Source of the DNA: an uncultured Verrucomicrobiae bacterium
Lineage (GTDB): Bacteria; Verrucomicrobiota; Verrucomicrobiia; Palsa-1439
DNA length: 64,000 bases
NCBI GenBank assembly: GCA_963812605.1
Contig: CAWEWF010000010.1
Location: 32,001 to 96,000, forward strand
Direction: 5' to 3'
Shown here: in pieces, positions 43,492 through 54,046 of the stretch
Layout: every line of letters begins with the position of its first letter
Position numbering within the stretch: the stretch's first letter is position 1
Notes under the pieces: model-generated
Database searches by the model: none
The model's input: only the letters and a program-made list of their open reading frames with translations
Told to the model about the DNA's origin: nothing
Position numbers and translations under genes: made by a program

Positions 43492-44295
43492 CTACTTCGC
43501 GACCATTGTCCAGTCCGGGCCCTGGTAGTAGTTGGCGGCGGTATCGCCAAAATGGATCCAACTCACATGGCCATCCACGAAAACCGCATTGCCCCAGGTA
43601 GTGCCGGGCTCATGTGGCCCCATGTACTCCGGATAAACTCCATAGCTGTCCGCGATGGAATACGCATAATTCATCGCATAGTCACATGCCAGGATCACCT
43701 TGGATGGGGTGACGACATCGGCGATCGCCAGGCCGGCCAAGCCGTTATGTGCGTTGTTGAGCTTTTGACCGTCGTTGTTGTAATAATAACTCGAGCCAAC
43801 TTGCTGAAAAAAACTCGACCCCGACATGCGGTCAGACGGGCAACGCGCGACGGACGGTATGTTGGGTGCGAGATGGGATGGAGTCGTTGAGTAAAAATTC
43901 ACATGGGTGACTTTGAGATAGGGGTTCAACGGGCGGGTCGGAAGTTCATTTATACCGCCTCCGTCGTAAATCAAGTTGCCCGCCCAGCGCCACATTTCCT
44001 CAAACCCCGTGGACAAGGTGTTTGGGTAATGCCCAAAATCGTCGACATACATGGTGGCGGCGATTCCAATTTGGTGGAGATTCGAGACGCAGAGCGCGCG
44101 CTTGCCGCTCTCGCGGGCGCGTCCGAGGGCCGGCAGCAACAGCGAGGCCAAAATTGCGATGATCGCAATGACGACCAGCAGCTCGATCAGCGTGAATGCT
44201 GACCTCGCTTGCCTCCGCCAGGGCTTCGGCTGGCAAGCCAGCAACTCGATGAGCGTAAAGGCCCGGCTGCGCCGCGTTATGCCATTCCCTTCCAT
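43492..44295 (-). CDS. Prepilin-type N-terminal cleavage/methylation protein with H-X9-DG motif (DUF1559-like)
   Basis: [35 protein letters not shown] and [17 protein letters not shown]; FTLIELL occurs twice. Confidence 0.9.
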   Translation of the reverse strand: MEGNGITRRSRAFTLIELLACQPKPWRRQARSAFTLIELLVVIAIIAILASLLLPALGRARESGKRALCVSNLHQIGIAATMYVDDFGHYPNTLSTGFEEMWRWAGNLIYDGGGINELPTRPLNPYLKVTHVNFYSTTPSHLAPNIPSVARCPSDRMSGSSFFQQVGSSYYYNNDGQKLNNAHNGLAGLAIADVVTPSKVILACDYAMNYAYSIADSYGVYPEYMGPHEPGTTWGNAVFVDGHVSWIHFGDTAANYYQGPDWTMVAK

Positions 44296-44456
44296 CTCAA
44301 CCGCGTTACCGCGCAGCCCTGTCGCTGGTGAAGCTGGAGGGGTGTGAACCTGCGCGCTTCTCGGGTGAGAGACTACAAAAAGACGACAGGTTATTCAAGT
44401 AATAAGCTGTGTGCGCTTGGGAGACCACCATACAACCTGAGGATGCACGGTTAGGC

Positions 44457-44494
44457 GGAAATTGGCTCCCCGCTTTGGACGGTTTGCGAACCTT
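44457..44494 (+). repeat. 38-bp direct repeat, copy 1 (tRNA-3'-end-like, att-like)
   Basis: ggaaattggctccccgctttggacggtttgcgaacctt, identical to 45188..45225. Confidence 0.9.
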
Positions 44495-44564
44495 TAGAGT
44501 TCACCTGTCGAGACAAAGAAAGTTTGACACCTAATACTTGTTAGGCCATTAAAAACAGGAGCAC

Positions 44565-44894
44565 ATGAGCTGGGTCACAGACGTTCTACTTGGCATCAAT
44601 CTTGAGGAAAGATTTGATGATGATTTTAATGAACTAGACAGCTGTGAAGCTCTCGATCATATCAACGAATGGCTTGAGCAGCATGAGCAAGGCAAGCTAG
44701 ACGAGCTTTCCACCCATGTTGAGTCCGGCGGGAAGTCCATGCAGTGCCACGTTTACGGAGGCGCATTCGATTTTATGGAGACGGATGAGTTTGTCTCCCT
44801 TGTCTTATCTCAGAATTGGAAGAGGCCAGAATCGGTTATGCTTTTGACCAAACAAGAGGAACAAGACGTTTTTACAGTTCACAAAGTCGCGTAG
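44565..44894 (+). CDS. Small acidic hypothetical protein, lower GC, cassette-like
   Basis: 109-aa ORF with RBS caggag; flanked by GTTAGGC upstream and GCCTAGC downstream. Confidence 0.75.
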   Translation: MSWVTDVLLGINLEERFDDDFNELDSCEALDHINEWLEQHEQGKLDELSTHVESGGKSMQCHVYGGAFDFMETDEFVSLVLSQNWKRPESVMLLTKQEEQDVFTVHKVA

Positions 44895-45187
44895 ACGGCA
44901 GCCTAGCAAGTCCACGAAGACAATCCACGCAGACATTGACCTGTTCCGCCGCGACGATCGCCTTTTTTACACCTGGCCCACCGAACGCACGACCGCATAT
45001 ATCACACTCGACCCAGACCGCAGTTTCACCGAAAGCAAGGAAGGTTATTCGATAGCCCAGCATTCGCCGCGTGGGGGTTGCGCCGCCAGCACGTCCTCGG
45101 CGCGTTTGCCGCAAACGACAGCGGCGTCTCGCAGACTCGGCTCCGTCAAACTCGGCTTGCGGCCTACAAGAAGAGGCTGCGGGAAGA

Positions 45188-45225
45188 GGAAATTGGCTCC
45201 CCGCTTTGGACGGTTTGCGAACCTT
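45188..45225 (+). repeat. 38-bp direct repeat, copy 2
   Basis: Identical to 44457..44494. Confidence 0.9.
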
Positions 45226-45390
45226 AAGGTTGACGTGGTCAGGACTTGATCGCCGTGCGCCACAGCGCCGTTCCCTAATTTCTTGACATGACCGTCGAAG
45301 GCAGGTATTTCTTGGCTCAGTCGCTCCGCCTGCGAGTACAGAGCGATCGAGACTTGTTCCCCCGTTTCAGGAACTGGAAAGGGAAATGCC

Positions 45391-46098
45391 ATGGATACGT
45401 TTCTTGTCTGCCGTCTAGCTGTGTGTCTGCGAACATTCATTGTGTGGGCTATCTGTTCTTGCACCATGTCTGTGTTGGGACAATCGATCACCTGGCAGGA
45501 TCTTCCATGGCCCGCCAACCAGGACTGGGGGGGACCGCAAGGCGCCCCGGCCACAACCAACGGTAATCAAATCGTCCTCACGGGGCAGGACGTGCTTTCC
45601 GTCCAGTCGTTCACAGGGCCGCTGACGATCTCCTACGATGTGCTCTTGCCCACAAAGAGCACGACGGATGGGATTTTTGAATTGTTCCTTGTTCCCACGG
45701 GAGAAAACCCAAACCTTCTTCCCAATCCCGACGTTGAACTCGATATGTTTGAGACTCAGAGTGGCCAAGACGGCTTGCAGGTCCAAAAGAATCATGGCTC
45801 CAATATCCTCTGGGGTCCGGTTTCGTATGCCATCCAAACGCAAACGACGTATCATGTCTCCGTTGGCGTTGCAGCAAACGGCCAGGTGAGTTGGTCAATT
45901 AATGGTCTGGATGTCGGGCTTTCCAACTCGGTCGTGGTCCCATACAGCAGCTATCAATTACGCCTCAGCAGTTGGCAACCGACGCAAGTTTGGCAAGTTA
46001 ACAACTTCACGGCCGTTCCCGAACCAACGACTCTGACACTTGTGGCGGGGGGGCTGATGGGTCTATTGTTTGGCGTCGGCTGTCGCAAATACAGTTGA
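45391..46098 (+). CDS. PEP-CTERM sorting-domain protein (ConA-like beta domain)
   Basis: C-terminal VPEPTTLTLVAGGLMGLLFGVGCRKYS. Confidence 0.85.
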   Translation: MDTFLVCRLAVCLRTFIVWAICSCTMSVLGQSITWQDLPWPANQDWGGPQGAPATTNGNQIVLTGQDVLSVQSFTGPLTISYDVLLPTKSTTDGIFELFLVPTGENPNLLPNPDVELDMFETQSGQDGLQVQKNHGSNILWGPVSYAIQTQTTYHVSVGVAANGQVSWSINGLDVGLSNSVVVPYSSYQLRLSSWQPTQVWQVNNFTAVPEPTTLTLVAGGLMGLLFGVGCRKYS

Positions 46099-46133
46099 AG
46101 TCAGCGTTTGAAAACAACGAGTAATGTTACACT

Positions 46134-46170
46134 TTGCGTCCCCAAACAGGAGTCGAACCCCGGGTCGCCG
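46134..46170 (-). other. tRNA(Glu)-like 3' fragment (att-site relic)
   Basis: Reverse complement reads ggcgacccgGGTTCGActcctgtttggggacgcaa (T-arm plus 3' acceptor strand); no matching 5' acceptor strand. Confidence 0.55.
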
Positions 46171-46216
46171 TTTTCGGCGCTACGGACTCACTGCGCCATT
46201 CCGATGTAATCGCTTC

Positions 46217-46353
46217 TAGCAGGCTGCTAAAAAATGCGTTTCTGGTTGTAGGCCGCTTCTGTGAAGCGGCGAAATCCTTAGAAAACTCGCCGACTCATAG
46301 AGTCGGCCTACATTAAACGCCCTAGGAACCAGCACTTTTTTAGCAGCCTGCTA
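46217..46353. mobile_element. 137-bp MITE with 18-bp terminal inverted repeats and a nested REP doublet
   Basis: tagcaggctgctaaaaaa...ttttttagcagcctgcta; internal tgtaggccgcttc...gtcggcctaca at 46247..46312. Confidence 0.8.
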
Positions 46354-49300
46354 CTGCGCGGGGGCCAGCTCACCCGCATTTGCCTGGCGATGGCGGCGGA
46401 GTTTGACGCGCTGGCGGAGGTGTTCGAACATGAGATAGACGACGGGGGTGGTGTAGAGGGTGAGGACTTGGGAGAAGAGCAGGCCGCCGACGACCGCGAT
46501 GCCGAGCGGTTGGCGCAATTCCGAGCCGGTGCCGATCCCGATGGCCAGGGGGACCGCGCCGAGCAGCGCCGCCATCGTGGTCATCATGATTGGGACGGAA
46601 GCGGATGACGCAGGCTTTGTAGATCGACTCTTCCGGGGTCAATCCTTCCACGCGCTCGGCTTCGAGGGCGAAGTCGATCATCATGATGGCGTTTTTCTTG
46701 ACGATGCCCATCAGGAGAATGATGCCGATAAAGGAGACGAGCGAAAGGTCCGTGCCCGAGAACATAAGCGCCAGCACCGCCCCGACCCCGGCCGACGGGA
46801 GCGACAAGAGAATCGTAATCGGATGGATCAGGCTCTCATAGAGCATTCCCAGCACGATATAAACGGCGAGGATTGCCGCGCAAAGCAGCAGGGGCATGGT
46901 GGTCAGCGACGCTTGAAAGACCTGCGCCGTCCCTTGGAAGCTGCCTTGCACGCTGGAGGGCATCCGCAATTCCTGGGCGGCGCTTTGGATCAGTTCGGCG
47001 GCCTTGCCCAGCGAGACTGCCGGGGCGAGGTTGAAGGAAAAGGTGACGGCCGGGAACTGGCTCTGGTGGTTGACGGACAGGCTGGTATTGCTCGTGGTGA
47101 ATTTAGCCACGCTGGCGAGGGGCACCTGCTGGCCGGTGTTGGAGGCGACGTAGATTTTGCTCAGCGAGGCCGGGTCTTGCTGATATTCCGGAGAAACTTC
47201 CAGGATGATGTGGTGCTGGTTGTATTGCTCGTAGATCGTCGCGACCTGGCGCTGCCCGAAGGCGTCGTACAGCGTGTTGTCAATCGCCTCGGGGGAGACG
47301 CCGAGACGGGCGGCGGCGTCGCGGTCGATGGCGATCGTGGCTTGGAGTCCATTGATTTGCTGATCGTTGCTGACATCCTTGAGTTCGGGAATCTTGCGGA
47401 GCTTGTCGAGAAGCGCCGTGGACCAATGGCTGAGTTCGCCGATGTCGGCCGCCTGCAAGGCGTATTGGTACTGGGCCCTGCCGAGCCGGCCGCCGACCCG
47501 GATATCCTGGACCGCTTGCAGGGACAAGGTGATGCCCGGAGACATTCGCCAATTCATGCCGCAGCCGGTCAATGACCTTGTCTACGCGCACTTTTCGTTG
47601 CGAGAGCGGTTTGAGGGTGATGAACATGCGGCCATTATTGACCGTGGAGTTGCCGGAGGAGGCCCCGATAAACGAACCGACCGTGTCAATCGCCGGGTCG
47701 GCGAGGACGATCTTGGCCACCTGGTTTTGGAGCTTGGCCATCGTGGCGAATGAAATGTCCTGGGCGGCATCCGTCACCCCGATCATCACGCCGGTATCCT
47801 GCTGGGGGAAGAGCCCCTTGGGCACGATGATGTAGAGCCAAATGGTCGCGATAATGGTCGCCGCTGTGATTACCAACATGAAGACCTGGTTTCGCAAGAC
47901 CCATTTGAGTCCACGCTCGTAGCCGTTGAGGAGCCAATTAAAAGCGCCTTCGCAGACTCGATAAAAGCGGCTCGGTGGCCCGTACGCGGATTCCGGTTTC
48001 AAGAAACGCGAACACATCATGGGTGTCAGGGTGAGCGAAACCACCCCGGACACCAGGATGGTCAAACTGAGCGTGACGGCGAATTCGTGAAACAGACGCC
48101 CGACCAATCCGCCCATGAACAAGAGGGGAATGAAGACTGCCACGAGGGAAATACTGATGGAGATCACGGTGAAGCCGATCTGCCTGGCGCCCTTGAGCGC
48201 CGCTTGCAGGGTGGTGTCGCCCTGCTCAATAAATCGGAAGACATTTTCGATGACCACGATGGCGTCATCGACAACGAAACCGACGGAGATGGTGATGGCC
48301 ATCAAGGACAGGTTGTCCAGGCTGTAGTTGAGCAGGTACATCATGCCGAAGGTGCCGGCGAGGGCCAGCGGCACCGTGACGCTGGCGATAAACGTGGGCC
48401 AAAAACGGCGGAGAAAGAGGAAGATCACCATGACGACGAGACTGATGCTGAGAACCAGGGATGTCTCCACGTCGCTGACCGACGCGCGAATGGTCGTGGT
48501 CCGGTCGCTGAGGATGGAGAGCTGCACGGACGGCGGAATCCAACGCTCGAGTTGGGGGAGTTCCGCTTTGATCCGTTCCACGGTGTCGATGACGTTGGCG
48601 CCCGCCTGCTTGGAAATGATGACCAGCACCGCCGGCTTCGTGCCCGACCAGCCGCCCAACAAATTATTCTCGACGCCTTCAACCACTTTTCCCAGCGAGC
48701 TGAGCTTGATGGGGACATTATTTTTTTGGCGCAGGATCAAGGGACGGAATTCACGGGCGTCCACCAATTGGTCGTTGCTGACCAGCGCATAGGACAGCCG
48801 TTCGCCGTCCAGGCTGCCCTTGGGGAGATCGACGGCCACTTGCGCGAGAAACGTACGGATATCCTCGAGGCTCAGGCCGGTCGAGGCCAGCGCCGCAGGA
48901 TTGATTTGAACGCGCACGGCTGATTTTTCCGCGCCTGTGATGGTGACCTGGCTAACCCCTTCGACCTGGCTAAGCTTTTGGCCGATGATCGTATCGCCAT
49001 ATTCGAAAATCTCCGTGGGCGGCAATGTATCGGAACGTCATCGCCAAGACCAGGATCGGCGCGTCGGCTGGGTTGACTTTGCGATAGGTCGGCGGGCTGG
49101 GGAGATCCAGGGGCAATTCGCTGGAAGCGGCGTTGATGGCGGCCTGCACGTCGCGCGCCGCGCCGTCGATGTTGCGGTTCAGGTCGAATTGGACGGTCAC
49201 CGAGGAACCGCCCAGGGTGCTGATCGAAGTGAGTTCGGAGACACCGGAAATTTGGGCGAGGCGCCGTTCCAGCGGAGCGGCGAGGGCCGAGGCGACCGTG

Positions 49301-49471
49301 GCCGGTTCCGCGCCCGGCAAGGAGGCCGAGACGGAGATGATGGGATAATCGACGCGCGGGATGGCCGCGACCGGGCAGAAAATGATAGGCCACGATTCCC
49401 ATCAGGAAGAGTCCCGCGGCCAACAGCGACGTGCCGGCGGGGCGGTGGATGAATGGCTCGGAAACGTTCAT
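46351..49471 (-). CDS. mdtC: MdtC-like RND permease, frameshifted
   Basis: [34 protein letters not shown] and [14 protein letters not shown] motifs; second permease of the pair. Confidence 0.85.
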
Positions 49472-52400
49472 GACGCCGGGGGAGGGACGGCTTCGCTTTC
49501 CAGTTCGCCCGCGCTCGACAAGCCGGCGGAAGCGCGCCAGCGTCGGACCCATTTCTCGCAGCGATCCATGTAAAGATAGATCACCGGCGTCGTGTAGAGC
49601 GTGAGAAACTGGGACAACAGCAGGCCGCCGACAATGGAAATGCCCATCGGGCGGCGCAATTCCGAGCCGGTGCCCGTTTCCAGCGCCAGCGGCAGCGCGC
49701 CGAGCAGCGCGGCCGCGGTGGTCATCATGATCGGACGAAAACGCAGCAGGCAGGCTTGATAGATTGATTTTTCCGGCGGCATTTTCTCCACGCGTTCGGC
49801 TTCCAGCGCGAAGTCGATCATCATAATCGCGTTCTTCTTGACGATGCCGATCAGCAGGACGACGCCGATCAGGGCGATCATCGAAAAGTCGGTGCGGCAG
49901 ATCAACAGCGCCAGGAGCGCACCCACGCCCGCCGAGGGCAGGGTGGAGAGGATGGTGATGGGATGGATGTAGCTCTCATAGAGCACGCCCAGGACGATGT
50001 AGATGACGACGACGGCGGCCAGGATCAGGAACGGCTCGCTTTTCAGCGAGGTGCGGAATTCCGCGGCGCTACCGGAAAAAGATGTCATCACGGTTTCTGG
50101 CAGGGCGATTTCTTTCTCGGCGCGCTGCATGGCGTCGATGGCCGTGCCCAGCGAACTGCCGGGACGCAGGTTGAAGGACAGGGTCACTGCCGGGAATTGG
50201 CCCTCGTGAACGATGGCAAGCGCCGCGGTGGTGGTACGCAAATGGGTGAACGCGCTGAGCGGCACCATTTGGCCGGTGGTGGATTTGACATAAATCTTGT
50301 CCAGCGCCTCGGGCGTCAGTTGGAAATGCGGCTCGGCCTCGAGAACGACGCGATACTGGTTGAGCTGGGTGAACATGATCGACACCTGTCGCTGCCCGAA
50401 GGCGTCATAGAGCGTATCGTCGATGGCTTGCGGCAAAATATTCAGGCGCGAGGCGGTATCGCGGTCGACATCGATGCTCACTTGCAAGCCGCCTGTTTGC
50501 TGATCGGTGGCCAAATCGACCAGGTCGGGCAGGGTGCGCAGCTTGTTGAGGAGCGTCGTTGACCATTGGGAGAGTTCGGCTTCGTCGGCGTCCTCCAGTG
50601 TATATTGGTACTGGGTGCGGCTGACGCGGCTGTCGATCTGGACATCCTGCACCGCTTGCATGAAGAGGGAAATCCCCTCGACATCTTTGGTCGCGTCGCG
50701 CAAGCGATCGATGATTTCGCTGGCGCTGGCTTTGCGCTGGTCGCGGGGCTTGAGATTGATATAGAGATGGCCGGTGTTGGCGGTGGCGTTGACCGTGCCG
50801 GCTCCCACGAACGAGGCGACACTGACAACATCCGGGTCCTTGCGCACGATCTCGGCGATGAGCCGCTGGCGTTCGACCATGGCCTTGAAGGAGATGGACT
50901 GCGCGGCGTCGGTTTCGCCAACGATCAGGCCGGTGTCCTGTTGGGGCAACAGGCCCTTGGGGATGATGATGTAGAGCCAGATGGTGGCGACCAGCGTTGC
51001 GATGGCAATGATCAGCGTCAGCGGTTGATGATCCAGCACCCACTTCAGGCCGCGTTCGTACCAATCCAGCATGCCCTGGAACATTCGCTCCGTGAAGTTG
51101 TAAAAGCGCCCGTGCTTTTCCTCTTTTTCCTGTTTCAACAGGCGGCTGCACATCATGGGTGTGAGGGTCAGCGAGACCACGGCGGAAACCGCGACCGCCA
51201 CGCTCAGGGTGATGGCGAATTCGCGGAAGAGCCGGCCGACGATGCCGGTCATGAATAGCAGGGGAATGAAGACGGCAATCAGCGAGATGCTCAGTGAAAT
51301 GACCGTGAACCCGATTTGCTTGGCGCCCTTGAGCGCGGCTTCCATCGGCGGGTCCCCGGCTTCGATAAAGCGGACGATGTTTTCGATCATCACGATGGCA
51401 TCGTCCACCACGAACCCGGTGGAAATCGTCAGCGCCATCAGGGAAAGATTGTCGAGACTGAAGCCGACCAGTTTCATCACGCCGAACGTGCCGATGATGG
51501 CCAGCGGCAGAGCGACGCTGGGGATGACGGTCGCCCAGAACTTTCGCAGGAAGACGAACATGACCATGACGACCAGGAACACCGTGAGGATCAGCGTGAA
51601 CTGCACGTCGTGGACGGAGGCGCGGATGGTGGCGGTGCGGTCGGTCATGATGGAAACCTTCATCGCGGGCGGAATGGACGCGCTGAGCCGGGGCAACAAC
51701 GCTTTCACGCGGTCGGCGGTTTCGATGATATTGGCGCCCGGCTGACGCTGAATATCCAGGATGACCGAGGGCGTGTTGTCCACCCAGGCGGCGAGGCGAA
51801 CATTTTCCACGTTGTCGATCACTTCGCCGATGTCACCGAGGCGAACCGGGGAGCCATTCGTGTAGGTCACAATCACGGGCCGGTATTCCTCGGCGGACAG
51901 AATCTGGTCGTTCGCGCCGATGGCGTACGACTGGCGCGGGCCGTCGAAGCTGCCCTTGGGCGCGTTGATATTGTTGAGCGTCAGGGCGGTCCGCACGTCT
52001 TCCAAACTCAAGCCGAGCGAAGCGATTGCCGCCGGGTTGATGCGGACGCGAACGGCGGGCTTCTGGTTGCCCTCGATGGTGACCAAGCCGACGCCGGTCA
52101 CCTGGCTGAGTTTTTGGGCGAGCACGGTGTCGGCGAGGTCGTTGACCTTCTCCAGCGGCAACGTGTCGGAAGTGATCTGCAACGTGAGGATCGGCGTGTC
52201 GGCCGGGTTGACTTTGCTGTAGGTCGGCGGGTTCGGCATGTTCTTCGGCAGCACACCGGTGGCGGCATTGATCGCGGCCTGAACATCCTGCGCCGCCGCA
52301 TCGATGTCGCGGTCCAGGTTGAATTGCAGGATGATGGTCGAGGTGCCAAAAGAACTCTGCGAAGTCATCTGCGACAGGCCGCTGATTTCACCGAACTGGC

Positions 52401-52614
52401 GTTCGAGGGGGGTGGTGACGGAAGAGGCCATCACGTCCGGGCTGGCGCCGGGGTATTGCGCGGTCACCTGGATGGTGGGAAAATCGACGGGAGGCAACGC
52501 CGAGATCGGCAGCAGGATGTACCCGAGCAATCCCATCAGTACCACGCCCGTCATCAGCAGCGACGTGGCGACCGGCCGATGGATGAAAGGTTCCGAAATG
52601 TTCACGGGGGTCAA
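49468..52614 (-). CDS. mdtB: MdtB-like RND permease
   Basis: Intact 1048 aa; PGASPDVMASSVTTPLERQFG and LYDAFGQRQ motifs. Confidence 0.9.
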   Translation of the reverse strand: MTPVNISEPFIHRPVATSLLMTGVVLMGLLGYILLPISALPPVDFPTIQVTAQYPGASPDVMASSVTTPLERQFGEISGLSQMTSQSSFGTSTIILQFNLDRDIDAAAQDVQAAINAATGVLPKNMPNPPTYSKVNPADTPILTLQITSDTLPLEKVNDLADTVLAQKLSQVTGVGLVTIEGNQKPAVRVRINPAAIASLGLSLEDVRTALTLNNINAPKGSFDGPRQSYAIGANDQILSAEEYRPVIVTYTNGSPVRLGDIGEVIDNVENVRLAAWVDNTPSVILDIQRQPGANIIETADRVKALLPRLSASIPPAMKVSIMTDRTATIRASVHDVQFTLILTVFLVVMVMFVFLRKFWATVIPSVALPLAIIGTFGVMKLVGFSLDNLSLMALTISTGFVVDDAIVMIENIVRFIEAGDPPMEAALKGAKQIGFTVISLSISLIAVFIPLLFMTGIVGRLFREFAITLSVAVAVSAVVSLTLTPMMCSRLLKQEKEEKHGRFYNFTERMFQGMLDWYERGLKWVLDHQPLTLIIAIATLVATIWLYIIIPKGLLPQQDTGLIVGETDAAQSISFKAMVERQRLIAEIVRKDPDVVSVASFVGAGTVNATANTGHLYINLKPRDQRKASASEIIDRLRDATKDVEGISLFMQAVQDVQIDSRVSRTQYQYTLEDADEAELSQWSTTLLNKLRTLPDLVDLATDQQTGGLQVSIDVDRDTASRLNILPQAIDDTLYDAFGQRQVSIMFTQLNQYRVVLEAEPHFQLTPEALDKIYVKSTTGQMVPLSAFTHLRTTTAALAIVHEGQFPAVTLSFNLRPGSSLGTAIDAMQRAEKEIALPETVMTSFSGSAAEFRTSLKSEPFLILAAVVVIYIVLGVLYESYIHPITILSTLPSAGVGALLALLICRTDFSMIALIGVVLLIGIVKKNAIMMIDFALEAERVEKMPPEKSIYQACLLRFRPIMMTTAAALLGALPLALETGTGSELRRPMGISIVGGLLLSQFLTLYTTPVIYLYMDRCEKWVRRWRASAGLSSAGELESEAVPPPAS

Positions 52615-52617
52615 CCG

Positions 52618-53901
52618 TCAGGATGCGGGACCCGCCGGTGCCGCCGGCTTGGTTGGTGGAGCCGGCTTCACGTGCGAGCCGATCTGCAATCGATACTGGC
52701 CGTCGACGACGATGCTCTCGTTGGGCTTGAGCCCGGAGTCGATCAGCGCCTCGCCTTTTTCGATTTGCGCGACTTTCACCGGGGTAACTACCACGGATTG
52801 ATCGTCCTTGATGACGAAGATGTAGGAGCCGTCGGGGCCGCGCTGCACGGCGGAGGCGGGCACGACGAGGCCGCCTTTGCGGGTGGTTAGCAAGAGGCGC
52901 GCATTCACGAACTGGCCCGGCCAAAGCCGCAGGTCGTCGTTGGCAAACGTGGCCTTGAGACGGATGGTGCCGGTGGTGGTGTCAATTTCATTGTCAATCA
53001 CGGCCAGTTGGCCCTCGCCCAACTGCGTCGTGTTATCGCGGTCCACGGCCAGGACGGTGACCTGGTTCGACGACATTTCCTTTTGGATTTCGTTGAGGGA
53101 TTGTTCGGGGAGCGTGAAAACCACGGAGATCGGATGCAATTGGGTAATCACCACCAGGCCGTTCGCGTCGGCGGCATGGACGATGTTTCCCTGGTCGACC
53201 TGGCGAATGCCGGTGCGTCCGTCGAGCGGGGAGGTGATCGTCGTGTAATCGAGTTGGACCTTGGCGCTATCGATCGCGGCCTGGTCAGCCTTGACGGTTG
53301 CCGCCAGTTGGTCAACGAGCGCTTTCTGGGTGTCGTACGTTTGCTGGGTGGCGATCTTCTGCTGGACGAGATCGGTGTCGCGTTTCAGGTCCAATTGGGC
53401 ATTGGCCAGTTGCGCCTCGTCTTGCGCTTTTTTGGCCACGGTTTGTTCGAGCGCGGTCTGAAATGGATCGGGATCGATTTGCGCGAGCAGGTCGCCGGCG
53501 TGCACGTCTTGTCCCTCCACGAAGGCAACTTTCTTCAATTCGCCGTCGACACGGACATGAACCGTGACCGTATTGAAGGCCTGGACGGTGCCAAGTCCGT
53601 CTACATAGATGGGCACGTCTTTCTGGGCAACTTTGCCCTCCACGACCGGCACCGCGGGCGGTCCGGCATGGGCGGCGGCGGCTTTTGCGGAAGCCGCGCG
53701 GTAGTGATGCACGACCCACACGATTCCCACGACGGCCACAATTACCGCTACGATCAGGGTCCAGAGGATCTCGACGCCCATGTCCCTCTTCGAAAAGACT
53801 TTTTCTTCAGGCGGACGAAGATGTTTCCGCGATTCGTCAGCCTTGGGTGGGTCGGGCTGATCCAAACGTTGACGCTCTTGAACTTGGTCGTTTTTCAGCA
53901 T
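52618..53901 (-). CDS. mdtA: MdtA-like periplasmic adaptor
   Basis: GLGTVQAFNTVTV, IDNEIDTTTGT and LWPGQFVN motifs. Confidence 0.9.
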   Translation of the reverse strand: MLKNDQVQERQRLDQPDPPKADESRKHLRPPEEKVFSKRDMGVEILWTLIVAVIVAVVGIVWVVHHYRAASAKAAAAHAGPPAVPVVEGKVAQKDVPIYVDGLGTVQAFNTVTVHVRVDGELKKVAFVEGQDVHAGDLLAQIDPDPFQTALEQTVAKKAQDEAQLANAQLDLKRDTDLVQQKIATQQTYDTQKALVDQLAATVKADQAAIDSAKVQLDYTTITSPLDGRTGIRQVDQGNIVHAADANGLVVITQLHPISVVFTLPEQSLNEIQKEMSSNQVTVLAVDRDNTTQLGEGQLAVIDNEIDTTTGTIRLKATFANDDLRLWPGQFVNARLLLTTRKGGLVVPASAVQRGPDGSYIFVIKDDQSVVVTPVKVAQIEKGEALIDSGLKPNESIVVDGQYRLQIGSHVKPAPPTKPAAPAGPAS

Positions 53902-54046
53902 GATTTAGACAAGCCCGGTCAGATTGACGTTCAATGTAACACCAAATCCAAGCGACAGTTACAAAAATATGGCCGTGAGCGGACGATGTCAAATGGCAGC
54001 GTTTACGATAACAATTTCAAGGAAAGGTGTAACCTATGCGTGGTGC

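Noticed and set aside
44457-45225. CRISPR array from the 38-bp repeats
   Set aside because: Only two copies, separated by about 690 bp containing a gene; no cas genes.
46134-46215. Intact tRNA gene
   Set aside because: T-arm and 3' acceptor strand are present, but there is no complementary 5' acceptor strand or proper anticodon arm.
46351-52614. Nucleotide similarity between the two RND genes as a recent duplication or diversity-generating repeat
   Set aside because: Normal MdtB/MdtC paralogy.
37554-52890. Long antisense ORFs (e.g. 37554..39281 -, 39412..40629 -, 51316..52890 +)
   Set aside because: Shadow frames of high-GC RND genes with no recognisable motifs.
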